From assembly GCA_951406725.2 (NCBI GenBank), contig OX597831.1:21948001-22012000 (forward strand): a DNA stretch of 64,000 nt, written 5' to 3'. This document shows, one piece after another, positions 27,380 through 42,578 of this stretch. Position 1 is the first letter of the stretch; every line of letters begins with the position of its first letter. Position numbers and translations under genes: made by a program. The notes under the pieces were generated by a model. The model had not been told where the DNA came from. It was given only the letters and a program-made list of their open reading frames with translations, and made no database searches. Source of the stretch: Octopus vulgaris. Lineage: Eukaryota.

Positions 27380-28720
27380 ACAGTGTTATCGCCGTGGTTA
27401 TCACTACTGGTCACATGGTTGGCCATATAGCCACCGGCGTTAGTGTGGCTGCGGCTGGTGGTAGCATATGGTACGGGGCCGGTCATCTCATCAGTGTTGA
27501 TGACAATTGCTTAGTCATCATCTGTGGTGATGGAACGGCGGATACCTCCTTTGTGTCGCTGGTCCTGGATTGGGCATCATCTCTAAGTGTGGCGATTGTA
27601 TTGGTGGCAACATATGGTGCGGAGCTGGTCACTCCATCTGTGTATATGACAGTAGTTTGTTCATCATCCGTGGCGATGGCATTGGGGTCATTGGTTACAT
27701 CCTCTGTGACGCTATTCCCTGACTGGTCTTCATCTCTGGTATGAGATCTGGTTAAACTGCTAATATTGTTATTGGATGGTACATTGCTAGTAATGCGGAG
27801 AGCAGGTCTTGGTGTTACCGTATCTTCATGGATGACTCCTTCAGCCTCGCGTCGACCTTCTACTGGACATTTATTGTATACTCTGCAAGAACACCCTGCC
27901 TCCCCCTTGTATTGTGAATACTTGTTAAAATGATTTTTATGTCAGGTGCACAACTAAAAGAGCCTCTTAGGTTGTGTCTCTCAAATAATTGCCTGTATCT
28001 GTGTGTGTGAGAGGTTTGTCTATTAATCTAAGAAAAATCCTTCCCACACAAGTCTTGACCTTGAGCGAGATGGATGGAGCAAACCAAACGACGTTTCTGC
28101 GGCTCCTCCTTTTCCTTTCGATTTCTGTAGTTGTCCCATAAAGGACGATGTTACTGTTGTGTAAGCCCCAGGAAAACATCTTTTCCAGCTGGTTATCGAC
28201 TCACAGTCTGTATCACGTAAGGCTGGAGATGGGAGCGATGACCACCCTTGCAAACACTATACGGACGCTGTGTGTCTATAGCCAGCTGGAAAAGATGTTT
28301 TCCTGGAGTTTTAACAAGAGTAGCATCGTCTTTTATAAGACCACCACATTCTGTTAGTAACTAAACGTTACTATTCGGTACTATCACTGTATATCTGTTG
28401 CTAGGAGATTTAAAATAAGTTGTTTTTCTCCATACGAGATCAGCGATTGTGTGTCGCTTACAGAATATATAGAGTTTGCGAGTGGAGAAAGCTTTCATCA
28501 GCAGCCAGTTATTGCCTCGCACTGAGGAGGGGTAACTATCCAGGAACCATGGTCTGTGAGTATCACATAAGGCTGGAGTTGGGAGCGATGACCTCCCTTA
28601 CAAAAACTATACGGATGCAGACTGTGTCGATAGCCAGCTAGAATAGATGTTTTCCTGGACCTTGAACAACAATAACTTCATCCTTTATAGGACCGCCACA
28701 TTCTGCTGGCAAATAAATTT
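27380..28720 (-). mobile_element. Rearranged Penelope-like fragment with inverted and direct internal duplications
   Basis: RKRRSRRNVVWFAPSISLKVKTCVGRIFLRLIDK is a PLE thumb/linker motif (compare 62640-62740); 28125-28213 is inverted relative to 28256-28350; 28205-28355 is repeated at 28555-28710. Confidence 0.7.
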
Positions 28721-28747
28721 TACTATTCTGTACAGTTAGAGAAACAA

Positions 28748-28873
<126 letters not shown>

Positions 28874-29019
28874 CAGGTGACTGTCAAAACTGTGTAGTCA
28901 TTGTCACCATTCTTCTTCTAAAAGTTAACTAAACATACTCAACTACAGTTCTTTAAAATTCTTGAATTTAATGTTAAATCGTGTTTGTTATAACTTGACC
29001 TAAAACAAACATGATTATA

Positions 29020-29189
29020 CTGTTGTGTCTGGGGAGAGTCATTCTCTTTTAGTACCTTATTATTTAACACTCTCACTGGTAAAATTTCCATTTAGGAAAA
29101 TAAAAAAGACGAAATAAGTGGAAATTTTACCAGTCAGTGTGTTAAATAATAAGGTACTAAAAGAGAATGACTCTCCCCAGACACAACAG
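29020..29189. repeat. Fold-back with ~70-bp arms inside a TA-adjacent module
   Basis: CTGTTGTGTCTGGGGAGAGTC...TTTCCA and its reverse complement; related decayed copy at ~27000-27125. Confidence 0.85.
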
Positions 29190-29547
29190 AATATGCTTCA
29201 ACACACGAACTCATATAAAGAATTTTGCAAACCAAATCCAAAAACGAAACATGATTATACTTTTATATGTATGTATATATGTACGTATGCATATATATGT
29301 ATATAAATGCTTATGTGTGTGCGTGTGTGTGTGTGTATAAATATATAAATACATACATACATGTATAAGTATATATATATATATATATCTATATGTATAT
29401 ATCTATCTATATATATATATAAATTGATCAAAATAAAAACATGATGTGAATATTTTGATCATGTTTTTATTTTGATCAATTTACTCCACCACCTACACCA
29501 CCAAACGGTATACACAGGTGCTTATAATTATCAAGTACTCACCCCGA

Positions 29548-29589
<42 letters not shown>

Positions 29590-30038
29590 GTATATGTATA
29601 TATATTTTTTTTTATATGACAATCGCCTTCATATATCCATACTTATATGGGCGTGTTTGTGTATTTGTGTGAGTGTGTGAGTGTAACCGATTATTATCAC
29701 ACCTAACTTTTTTCAATCCGTAAGTCACAGACGTTTTAGCCTGTAAATTCGGTAAGTAGGCCGTTGTTATGATGTTCACAATAGTCCTGCTTCTCTCTTA
29801 TCCATCTTTTCGTGTTGACAACAGTTGCAGCTGATATTATGGACTTGCTTTCATCTGGGTTGCATAATTAACTTAGTTAACGTTCGTCAGAGCCATTCAC
29901 TCATTTGGTAATGGAGCCTATGGCTATAGAAGTGACCGGATTGAGTTTGCTCAACAGAGATCCATATACATATCTATCTATCTATCTATATAACTATCTG
30001 TATGTATGTATGTAGTATATATATATACATACATATAT

Positions 30039-30092
<54 letters not shown>

Positions 30093-30106
30093 GTATATAG
30101 TTATAC

Positions 30107-30147
<41 letters not shown>

Positions 30148-30184
30148 CACACATAATTCACATGTATATATGTAATACATATAT

Positions 30185-30215
<31 letters not shown>

Positions 30216-31358
30216 TATATATGTATATATATATATACATACTTACATACATACTTACATACATACAAACACACATATACACGCACACACACAAATACAT
30301 ATATATACACATCATCACTCACATGATGCACGTATGTGTATACATATATCTGTATATATATATATATATATATATGTGTGTCTCTGTGTGTGTGTATGTG
30401 TGTGTTGCATTGTTACATTAGTGTGTATCGTTCTATATATGCACATATATACACATACATGTATATATATATATGGATACGTATATGTGTGTGCGTGCGT
30501 GAGTGTGTGTGTGTTATATACAATTTTGAATGTGCGTGTCCGCCATTGACATAATTCACATATCGACTACGCGTGTCTATTGATGTTTTCTTAATATGAA
30601 ATGGAAATCTAAAAGGCGCTAGATCTCGCGCTAGTTTTCGCGCATTAACTGTTTTCTTGTGTCCAAAGTGTTCTTTCGCACGGACAGGTTTTAAATTATG
30701 ATCAAAACACTTGACATCTTGAGCAAGTTTTTTTTTGTCTTCTTTTAGCTCAGACACACCAATACCTTTGTACATGAACTTCTTTACATGATGAGACACT
30801 GGAAGCTGATCAACGGAAAATTCTTATCCATAGACATTATGCTTAATACAATTTCTTCTGTCTTCACAAACTAGGTGTCTTCAGTGAAGAACTACGGTTC
30901 CTTTAGTGATGCGATCGGTTTCGTTTTGCGCATCTTTTGTGTATCTTTAGCGAGGCTGACTCTGTTGCAAGCACTCAGGCCAGCCGCCCGTTTGAGATAT
31001 CTGATCCTTTTTCTCGTTGCAAACTCAGAATTCTTGAATTTTTCTTTCGGAGAAAAATAGTTTTTTTGCTGCTGGTTCTGACGAATCAATTTAGAAAATT
31101 TATGTGTTTTAATTAAATAGAGATTGCTTTACTGAGAGGATTAATCCCCACGAAAAGAAGGAATCAAATCAGTGTTGGCATATTTTTTGGAAGGAAAAAA
31201 TTCGATAGCTAATTAGAGATAATTATGCTGTGTGAAAATGAGCATGTGAGGAAATAATTAATATTTTAATTATTCTGGTATGTTTCATTTCAAATAGTAT
31301 TATTTAACCTGTTAATGGTACAGACCAATAACCCCTTAGGGAGGATAGCACAGAGAGG

Positions 31359-31399
<41 letters not shown>

Positions 31400-32063
31400 G
31401 AGACAGAGAGAGGGCAAGGAAGAAAGAGAAAGAGACAGAGACAAGGGAATGAGACAAAGAGAAAGAGGGAGGGAGGGTGACGAAAGTGGAAGAAATAGAG
31501 AGAGAGAAAGAGAGAGAAGAGAAGCGAGGAACAGTGTATGAAGGTGGAAGGGAGGAATATAAGTAGGAGGAGAGAAAGAAAGAGAGATAGAGAGAGAGAC
31601 AGAAGAGTAAGCATGAAGGTTTCGTGAATGAGGATTTAGTTGTTCGGTCAACTGCATTACCTGTCCAGCAATAAATGTGTAAGTGGCTGAGTATTTCATA
31701 GACATGTGTAACTTTAGTGTGATTCAAAGGTTGAGCCACAACAATACGAAATATGTGACGAGACTATATCATCTAAATTACAGGTACAGATCAAGAGACA
31801 GGTTTCTATACAGATTCAGTCTACCCCATTCCACTCACAGGCTATGAAGCCACCCGTTGCCATCATAAAATTAAATTTGTCTCAGATACCACGGATTGGA
31901 ATTGAACCTGTGTCCTCTTGGTCACATAGTGATTTCTTATATATTCGGCCACACGCGCACACATATAATAATATACGCTTACATATACACATCCATCCAT
32001 CCATCCGTCTGTCTGTATGTATGTAAGTGTATTTAAGTACATGTATGGGTGTATATATATATA

Positions 32064-32488
32064 CTCTTTTACTCTTTTACTTGTTTCAGTCATTTGACAG
32101 TGGCCATGTTGGGGCACCGCTTTTAGTCGACCAAATCGCCCCCAGGACTTATTCTTTGTAAGCCTAGTACTTATTCTATCGGTTTCTTTTACCGAACCGC
32201 TAAGTTACGGGGACGTAAACACACCAGCATCGGTGGTCAAGCGATGTTGGGGAGACAAACACAGACACACACAGACACACACATGCACACATATATATAT
32301 ATATATATATATATGTACATATATACGACGGGCTTCTTTCAGTTTCCATTTACCAAATCCACTCACAAGGCTTTGGTCGGCCCGACGCTATAGTAGAAGA
32401 TACTTGCCCAAGGTGCCACGCAGTGGAACTGAATCCGGATCAATGTGGTTCGAAAGCAAGCTACTTACCACACAGCCACTCCTACGCC
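32064..32488 (-). mobile_element. SINE family A, full length
   Basis: Reverse complement of the 4380 and 17812 copies. Confidence 0.9.
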
Positions 32489-33256
32489 TAATATATATGC
32501 ATTAGGTGTAATATATATATATATATATTTATACACTTCAATATTTCTTCAGCTTCTACGATTGGAAACGGTCACACTAGAACTTAGTGTGGATATATTT
32601 ATACCGTTCGATTATTGATACCGATCGATTATTGATGAAGTGGCTGTTTATTTGCACTACGTTTTCTTTAGAGATTTACATCCTTTTAAAGGACTTAAGA
32701 CCGTACAGCGATTTACAACTTACACAAATACAACACACACCCACATACGCACAGACACACGCGCACGCACACACCTACAAACACACACACGTGTATACAT
32801 GCATACTTATGTGTGTGTCCTTATATGTACGTATACATATGTATTTACAAAAGCCTTGTAGAAAAACACGTTTAATATATAAATACATAGATATATACTT
32901 GATTGTAGAGACAAAAAATGCATGTGTGTATACACACGCCCTCACATATACATACACATACACATATACATCAGTGACATATGGTATATATACAAATATA
33001 TACTGGCGATACGTTTCCATCTTCAGTCTGTAGCTCCTTACAAACTTTGTAGGTGTAAGATCTGGCAACTTTTAAAAATCAAGATATTTCTAAATCACTA
33101 TGCTCAGCCTTTATAACTACAATAAAAGCATGCCCCTTCGTTTCTAGAGTAAGCTGAGGGTCTGCCATTATTATTTTCTGTAAGAAAGATTATACAGAGT
33201 TAGCAAAAAATGCAGCAATGACCCAAAAAAGGTATGGCCTCAAATACCTTACACAC

Positions 33257-33393
<137 letters not shown>

Positions 33394-33719
33394 GTGACAT
33401 GCAACCAAAGCTGGGCAGTGGATTCCACATTCGGTTCCAGGATCCAGTGTAGTGCGACTCGGGGCATTAAACTCGGGACAGGCTCGACTGCACGCACACA
33501 CATACATATAATATATACATATAGGGCACGTAAAAAGCCCCTTCCCGTATGTGTGTGTATATGTGTGTATACATTATATAAATACATATAATACATACCT
33601 ATATAGAAGCATACATACATGCATACGTACATACATACATACATACATGCATGCATACATACATACATACATACATACATACATACATACATACATACAT
33701 ACATACATACATACATACA

Positions 33720-33752
<33 letters not shown>

Positions 33753-33764
33753 GCATACATACAT

Positions 33765-35270
33765 GGATGAAAACATCTTACAATGCTACCTGTAACAAAA
33801 CACATGTCACTAAATAATATAACAGCTGAATAAAGAAATTTGGACCCCAATTCTGTGCATTCAATAAAACAGTGGCCCACAAATGTGTTTGCAGTGCCAG
33901 TACTCATACAAACACTTGGGCTGCTTGAGTGGACGCTTGATGAGATCCGATCCATTGATGTGAAAACCTGAAAAATACTAAGCGGCACATATAATTTCAT
34001 CATAAACAAAGGCGTAGACTGCCTTCACCTAAAACGAAAACAAGGCGGTAGAGGCTTAACATCGCTCCAAAATGTCTTTGAATGTCGTAACATATTCCTT
34101 CAGCAACATCTTTAACCACCAAGTCTCGAATTGCATCCTTTCACCAAGTTTTCATACATGAGGCTGATAACATTATAAAACTTGGAAGGCAGATCCTGGA
34201 GCTACATCCCTTGTCTGATAACCTAAGATACATGCACAAAGAAGTCGCACATCCCTACCGCAGCGTATCAAAGGATGAGCCTATATGAGCAGAGGATTAT
34301 GCCTGGATATGTCAGTAGAAAGCTCCGAGATTATAGTAGCATTGATAATCAAAGCAGTCTATCATGGACTAACAACCGGATTGCTACCTCCACATTTGAA
34401 GGGTATGCGTTTGCAATACAGGAACAGGAAATATCAACCAAATATTTGATGCACAAAAGGGATAGAGATGCAGGAAAAATAGTAAAATGTGATAACCGAT
34501 GCAGAATTTGTGGAGTTAATACGGAAGATATCCCCCACATCATAAGCAGTTGTCCGAAAATGTCATCACGGTGTTATCTACTGATGAGGCATGATATTGT
34601 AGTTAGGAGACATTATAATGAAGTCCGTCGGAAGGATAAGCCCGAGGACAAAGAAATAACCCACAGTATGGTAGAAGCCATAGTCGCTTATAATAAAGAG
34701 GAGTACTGATGGAATGTCCTAGTGAAGACCTCGATGATATGTAAGCACAACAGAACTGATATAATGATTTGGGACAGAAGAGAAACTGTGTACAGTTGTG
34801 GAAATTAACTGCCCAGCAGATGCTAATATAAAGCTGAAGATTAGTAAAAAAAGAGAATACCTATGCTGGGCTAGTGAGCAATTTGCGGTTTATCTAGATT
34901 AAATTTTCAGTTTTATACCTGTAATTATTGGGGCCCTGGGATATGTAACACACTGCCTAAATACCAAACTTGAGAAATGAGGCTTCTCAAAACCAGAAAG
35001 GGGTAAGCTAATTCGGACACGACAGACCCAATTCATCACTGAAACTGTAAAAATCTGTATAACTTTCCAGAAATTTATTATTGAAATATATATGAGCATG
35101 TCTAGATATGCAACTATATGCATGAGAATACATACATAAAACAAAACATACAAATCTGCACATATACATATATATATAAAAAGATTTTCCTGTTGTTGAT
35201 GTTGAAATTCGGTATAGTTTAGAAACCGGCTCTTTATAGGCAAGACATCTTGAAATAGAACTGAATAATG
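33765..35270 (+). mobile_element. 5'-truncated R4/Dong-clade non-LTR retrotransposon (RT C-terminus, CCHC, restriction-like endonuclease)
   Basis: RKQGGRGL, FAIQEQEISTKY, CRICGVNTEDIPHIISSC, RHDIV, HNRTDIMIWD, IPVIIGALG; flanked by (TACA)n on both sides. Confidence 0.9.
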
Positions 35271-35415
35271 GCATACATACATACATACATACATACATAC
35301 ATACATACATACATACACACATACATACACACATACATACATACATACATACATACATACATACATGCATACATACATATAGCCAGTTTGATTGAGAGAT
35401 AGGCAGAGAGAGACT

Positions 35416-35514
<99 letters not shown>

Positions 35515-35906
35515 GACAGGTGTAATTAGAATCGCTACTTATGTGTATATGATTGTATGTGGGTATGTGTGCGCGCATTTAAATGAAGTCACATTGGCGG
35601 AAATGGCTAAAAAGCGACATCAAAATGGTCGACCGATATAAAAATAACTTTGACGCCATCTTTATCAGACTCCTTGTCAGGTTAGCGACAAAAGTTCTTC
35701 GTGAGGAAGAGGTGTTTACATAGAAGATGAGTATTGCATGCTTAGCTTATCGATTCAGCTTTATCCAGTCCAGTAGATTTATTATCGACCACATGGGTAA
35801 AGAAAAAAGGACAAAACAAGACTCCGTATAAAGTGATTAGAAACACAATACTGGGTCCTGACTACTCCTCTTTAGATGTGTACACACATTTTAGCTTTGC
35901 CAATTC

Positions 35907-35972
<66 letters not shown>

Positions 35973-35985
35973 TGCTTCTACGTGT

Positions 35986-36022
<37 letters not shown>

Positions 36023-36181
36023 TGTGTATGTGCGGGCATGTGTGTATGGTGTATATATGGAAGTTTATCTGTATGTATAATATAAATGTATACATTAGTA
36101 CATATGTATATGTGTGTGCGTGTGTATACAGATACTTATAACTAATCTAACGCATATACGTATACGTTTCATTATATATAC

Positions 36182-36212
<31 letters not shown>

Positions 36213-36336
36213 AGTATGTGTGTATATGTATATATATATATATATATGCTTATAAGTGTGTTCTTGTTTCTACGAACATAAATGCACACATACACTTATA
36301 CATATATATATACATATGTATACATACATGCTAATG

Positions 36337-36411
<75 letters not shown>

Positions 36412-36764
36412 ATATATATGAATATATATGTCTATTTGCCTGTACATACGAATATATGTATGTACGAATATACGAAAATATATGTATGCCTACATATATA
36501 TAGGTGTATATTTATGTAGGCATATATGCTTATCGTTAAAGAGAGTGTAAAATATACGTTAATAAGTGCTGCTACTGTTAGGTATGGTGTTGTGAGTGTG
36601 AAGGTAGTAAGTGGGTAGTGGGTTGAGGTGGGTATATAACGTCTCCGAAGACGAGTGCTGCGTGTACACTTTCCATTAATTCTTCATTGGTCTATACCGA
36701 TCAATACGGAGAAACTGAGAGATAAACAAAACATAAGAGATGAGTAATTTATAATGTATACCTC

Positions 36765-36850
<86 letters not shown>

Positions 36851-36946
36851 GGTATATATACTTATATATATATATAAATATATATACATACATACATATA
36901 TGTACATGCATATAAATACATATATGTATATATATATATGTATACC

Positions 36947-36983
<37 letters not shown>

Positions 36984-37325
36984 TTGTACGCATGCATATA
37001 TAAATATATATATGTATCTATATACCTACATACAGGCATATATATATATATATATACACACACACTTATATATATATACATATACCTGTAAGAAGATATA
37101 TAAAATGTATATATGTGTGTGTGAGAGAGAGAGACAGTATATCGGTTCTATTGTGTACTTTTATCGTGTATATAGGGTATATGTATATATGTGCATGTAT
37201 ATATGTATGTGTGTATATATGTATATGTTGATCTATATGTATTTGAACGTATGGGCTGATGTATATGTACCTGTATGTTTATATGTGCATATATACGTAT
37301 ATATATATGTGTGTGTGTGTGTATG

Positions 37326-37371
<46 letters not shown>

Positions 37372-37423
37372 AGTATATATTTATGTGTATAAGTCTGTCA
37401 ATATTTATCAACATGTGTGTTGA

Positions 37424-37489
<66 letters not shown>

Positions 37490-37857
37490 TTGAACAGCTG
37501 TCCGAGAGCTTTATATGTGTTTAGTTAGGTGCGATTTGGCTAGCAATGATAAAAGGAACATCTGCAATACATATTTGCGAATATATAGACATATGTGTTT
37601 ACACACAAGCACACACAAACGCGCGCGCGCGCACACACATACACACACACATACACACGCACTCACCGCGCACACACTCTTGCACATGCACATATGTGTG
37701 CAAGCGTGGTCCTCTATGGCAGTGTATGTCTTGATCAAAATTGAGCTGTAAGTTGAGTCTGTGATCGGTTTTCACTTAAAAATTCTCTCTCATCTTCACT
37801 TTTTAACTTTTTGAGACCGGCACTCTTACATCTGTGCGTGTGTCTACACACACACAC

Positions 37858-37933
<76 letters not shown>

Positions 37934-38049
37934 ACACAACCACACACACACACACACATACACACATACATATATGGTGTACAGTTTCGAGATGTTAAGA
38001 TCAACAAAGAGTACTCTAGTTTGAGAGCGATAAATATTATTTAATGAAC

Positions 38050-39170
38050 GCAGTAGATATTATTTATGAGGTACTGATAGTTTCATGTGATGAAAAACAA
38101 CTGAGACAGCATTTTATATCACGTATGGTGCCTTCATCCAATCCTCAGGCTCTGCCCACGTGGCATAACAAGCCCAATTTTGGCGTTCTCCCTTGAAGAT
38201 TTCTTCGCATGTTCTAAAATATGCAGAGAAGTTAATCCCTTCTTTCAGGATTATAGCTGAATTCTTCAACTGAGTTTGCTACGCTGTCTGGCGAGTACGA
38301 AACTGAAGTATTTTCAGACTTCTTCAACATTAATTCCAGTAACTGTTGGTTTTTTGTTGTTGTTGCTGCTTTAACTGCTGCTGTAACTGTTGTTACTGCT
38401 GGTGTAGTTGCCATTATTGTTGCAGCTGTCTCCTCCTTCTTCTTCTTCTTCTTCTTCTTCTTCTTCTTCTTCTTCTTCTTCTTCTTCTTCTTCTTCTTCT
38501 TTTTCTTCTTCTTCTTACTCTTCCAATCAGGACTCACGCAATTAGCCACAAATAATAAATCCCTAATTCGAGCCTACTCTAAGCTACAGAGAATGCGTGC
38601 GGCAACTTGAAGATCCACCCACCGCACGCGATAGACTGGCGGTTGCACGGGCGCGGAAGCTGCGTTGTTATCCTCATTCCATAAACGGTGGCTTTTAACG
38701 GGTGGAGAACTGAACCATCCGGGGGTACAGAGGATTTGCAATCTAGACCAGGGTCTGAAAGTTTACCACACCATAGTGGGTTACACCATGGTTCCTCTGC
38801 TTTGTAGCAGAAGCAGAAAAAAAGAGTGAGAGAAAGTTGTGCTGAAAGAGTACAGCGGGGTTCACCCTCATACCGCCGTAGCCTCATGGAGCTTAGGTGT
38901 TTTTGCTCAATGAACACTCACAATGCCCGATCTGGGAATCGAAACCGCGTTCTTACGACCGCGAGTCCGCTGCCCTAACCTCTGGGCATTGCGCCTCCAC
39001 TGTTGCTGCTGTTGCTGTTGCAACTGCACCACGGAGGCTAATAAGATCTCCGTGTTAAACGATGTTTTCTTAGGTTTCGTACCAAAACAAAAATTTTAAA
39101 CGACCAACGCAAGCTTCGAATAACTCGTCACCACTTTTATATCCTGGTAGGTTGGATATACAATATAACA
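38050..39170 (-). mobile_element. Ty3/gypsy (Mag-like) gag relic with PBS-like motif, interrupted by a SINE
   Basis: SVANSVEEFSYNPE resembles Mag-clade gag; PBS-like TGGTGACGAG at ~39124-39133; a short TGTTATATTG LTR-like stub lies upstream. Confidence 0.55.
38515..38999 (-). mobile_element. tRNA-derived SINE family C (variant tail ending in (AAG)n)
   Basis: Head GGAGGCGCAATGCCCAGAGGTTAGGGCAGCGGACTCGCGGTC...TTCGATTCCC matches 48506-48880. Confidence 0.8.
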
Positions 39171-40375
39171 TTTTTTTATTTTAATTTTTGCAACCCTACG
39201 GCCAAGGTATGTAGGTATCATTACTAAGTTTTCGAATTGGAGGGACTTTGTGGAGAGGTCCTTGGCTCTTTCTTCACTATCGAATCGCACTTCAATGGTG
39301 GCAAATTTGTTGCCTCTTGCGATATAGGTTTTAAAGGCCCATATGGGTTTTAAACATTTTTCGACATTTTCTTGTGTGGCCTTTTCGTATATCCTTGTTT
39401 TGAGGTTGAATATTTTGTAGATAATTGGGGTTTTTTTTCGATTTTTTCTGTGATGTCTTGAGGTGTCTGTAAGTGTATGCTGAACTTGTCTTCTTTTAGC
39501 ATTCCTTTGCAGTCAAGTAGTTCGTCCTTCGAAAAAGATACGTAAGTTTTTTTTTCAGCTTTAAAGCTGCAGCAAAATTTTTTTTTCGGCATTTGTGTTG
39601 GTTGTGGTGGTGATGGCGGTGGTGGTGGTAGCAGTGGTAGAGCTAGTGGCAGAAACAGTAGTAGCAGAAGCGCTTTCTAAGGGCTGTGTGCGTTCACGCG
39701 GAACGGCTTTGTTTTCAGCTTCATTCGCCTCTGGCATTGGTAGAGGCGGGAAGTCAGTTTCGTGGTTTCGCATAGCCATACTCGACATTGTACCAGTGAA
39801 GTTGTCAGATGTGGTAGTTTTGGTGTTGATGGTGTTGATTACAGTCTTATCATTCTTTGTAGCAGCATCTCTGTTGACTGACTCGACAATTCTTCTTTCT
39901 TCTGTCTTTCCCAAAGTCGGAAAATGCTTCTCAGAAAAAAATCGCAGAATACTGCTCAACGACAAGATTTCTCGACATTTTTTATCGAGAAATAAAAATC
40001 AATTATTGAAAAGTTGATGAAAATGCCCCTAGGGGCAAATTCCACATTTAAAAACACCCAAACGAGAGTTGGGTGTTTGAAAAGTTCAAAACTCTGAAAA
40101 TGTAAACAAATAGAAGTAACAGAGAGAGAACGGTGTCTATGCGTTATGAGGAACGCGTCGGCGACATTATGTAAAAATAAGGTAGAGAAGCAAAAAATTT
40201 ATATATAAACAAGGCTGAAATTGACCCTAGGGGCAAAATCCCCTCCGGAAAACACAACCAGACGAAAGCTGGGTGTCTTACACACTCCGTGCGCAAAAAT
40301 TTGAAATGAGACTTTTGCAAAAAACAATAAAAAAAAGGCGATTGACCTTCAAGCCGATCCGACAACGAACACTAT
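39170..40375 (-). mobile_element. 5' UTR and frameshifted ORF1 of a non-LTR retrotransposon (L1/Tx1-like, tentative)
   Basis: Consecutive minus-strand ORFs 39561-39965, 39350-39592 and 39096-39290 with DFPPLP and an RRM-like IEVRFDSEERAK segment; the 5' end abuts (GATA)n. Confidence 0.55.
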
Positions 40376-40381
40376 CGATCG

Positions 40382-40502
<121 letters not shown>

Positions 40503-40959
40503 CAAAAGAACATAAGAAGCCGTCGGTTGTACGTTGTATGTCAACATCATTTTATGAGATTGCGTTTCTGATATCCTATTCTTTTTAACATCCACGATCT
40601 GGTAGAATTCAATATATAACTTTAGTAGTGTTAAGAGGGGTAGCACTGAGGAATTGACGGTTGTCATATTGTCCATATAGCTTTCGTCTAATCCTAGTTC
40701 AGCTTTTATCGATTAAGATCTTTGATTAAATTATTTCGGCCAATCGTTAAATGAGGTCTGCAGGAGATAAAAATATATTTCTTAATGTTCAGGTAATGTT
40801 CTAAAACCAAAGGTCAGTTACTTATAGCAAGAACTATATTAAGAAATTAAATATTTCATTTGTTGTATTGATTTTTCTTTATTAATTATTGATTCATATA
40901 TTACACGTATATTTTCCCCTTAATTACAAGAATATAAACTATAAATAGCCATTTATATA

Positions 40960-41300
40960 TCGTCCTTCGTTCCTATCTCCTGACCATGTAGTCGTTTGAG
41001 CATTCGTTGAAGTTGTCGCATTCAGATTTCAACACTTCCCTTGGTCTTCAGCCGCCTTCTGTCTGTCGGCGGAATTCAGCCCTGGCCCCTCTTTGTTGCT
41101 AACCTTATCGACGGGTTCTGGTCTGGTTGTCATAATCATTAATGTATCATGGCAGCACCAGTTCTTCTCTTAGCTGTGAGCCACAACCATATGCCGCTCC
41201 ACTGCCTGAGACACAGCTTGGCCTCGAATATTTGACCGTTGACCTGAGCAGGTTCATTCACCCGGTAACTCATTGGGAAGTCTTACTCGGAGTCTTGTGC
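40960..41300 (-). mobile_element. Decayed RTE-like LINE 3' end
   Basis: Degenerate C-terminal residues (KAAEDQGKC) and RTE-like terminus TGCTCAAACGACTACATGGTCAGGAGATAG. Confidence 0.4.
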
Positions 41301-42540
41301 TTATTGGTGCGATGTTAATACCATTCTTTCACTTGGTTTAACCCCCAGTTGTAGTTGAGTACCGTGATGTGATGCTCGAAGCTATCAAGTGTGAGATTAG
41401 GTTTTGATTGAGCACTACATATGCCTATCCACATGACCATCCCTAGCAAAGAGTAGTTGCCAGCTATCAGAGACCTTCTATAGCCGTTTATTCCTTTATT
41501 CTTTTATTCTTATATTTTTTTAACTTGTTTCAGTCATTTCCCTGCGGCCATTGTACAGCACCGCCTTGAAGAGTTTTAGTCGAACAAATAGCCCCGAGGA
41601 CTCATCCTACTTCTGCTCTTGATTCCGTAGTTGCATGTTTAATTATATTTTTCTGCGTCGTTAGTGTGCAAGCAAGTATCTACTTCTTTTTTACTTCATT
41701 TTACCTAAGTTTTTATAAGTTACTACAATTATTAAAAAATATTCTGTCTAGGTCCATAGCGTCAGAGGCAAAAGCCGAAAGGTCGATCCACCAAGTTAAA
41801 TCATTGATCAATCATTCAAACTGAACCCAAGTGGTCAGGAAACCATTGTTTTTTCACATACGAGTACAAGATTTATTTTCAAAAAACCTTACGGGCTTTA
41901 AGAAGTATTCAAACTAAGATGGGCGATTAAGAGGGAGGTGAGAGACTGAGTATACCCCGAAAACAAACACACAATTTATTAGAAAACTAGATAAAATCAT
42001 TCTTATATGCACTTTTATACAACTATTGAATTATTAATGAATTTAACATTTCAATAATTGGCCACTATATTATATACTTAATTTAAGTATTATATACTTA
42101 ATTTAATTAGCGTAGAATTTAATATTGAACTATGTTTAATTGAATATAACAAAATATATTATAAAATCATTTTTCTTTAAAACAGAAAATACATTTTCAA
42201 TATACTTTGCTAACTCTTTTTGGCAATTCGAGTTTGATTCAACAATACATTAGCTCTATTTTTTCCATGAGTTTACCAGCTCACTTGCTTTAGCTGTCAC
42301 TTTTATAATTTAGTTTGGTTTATCAAATTAATTTTCTTTCTGGATTGTCAACTGTAAAGGGAATGATAAATTCTTGTCTTGTTATTTTTACCTTTTTATA
42401 AGCATAAATATTAATCTGTTTTTCCTGATTATTTAAGCCTTTGATTTAGTTAACTGTGTAAAGTATTAACTTTATAAACTTGGTTTTAGATTTAATTTTA
42501 CACTTGGTTAACAAAGATATATTGGTTACCTTACTCTGTA

Positions 42541-42574
<34 letters not shown>

Positions 42575-42578
<4 letters not shown>

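Noticed and set aside
29423-29480. Short hairpin ATTGATCAAAATAAAAACATGAT...ATCATGTTTTTATTTTGATCAAT as a miRNA or terminator
   Set aside because: AT-rich and TA-adjacent; more simply a small fold-back of the PLE-module type.
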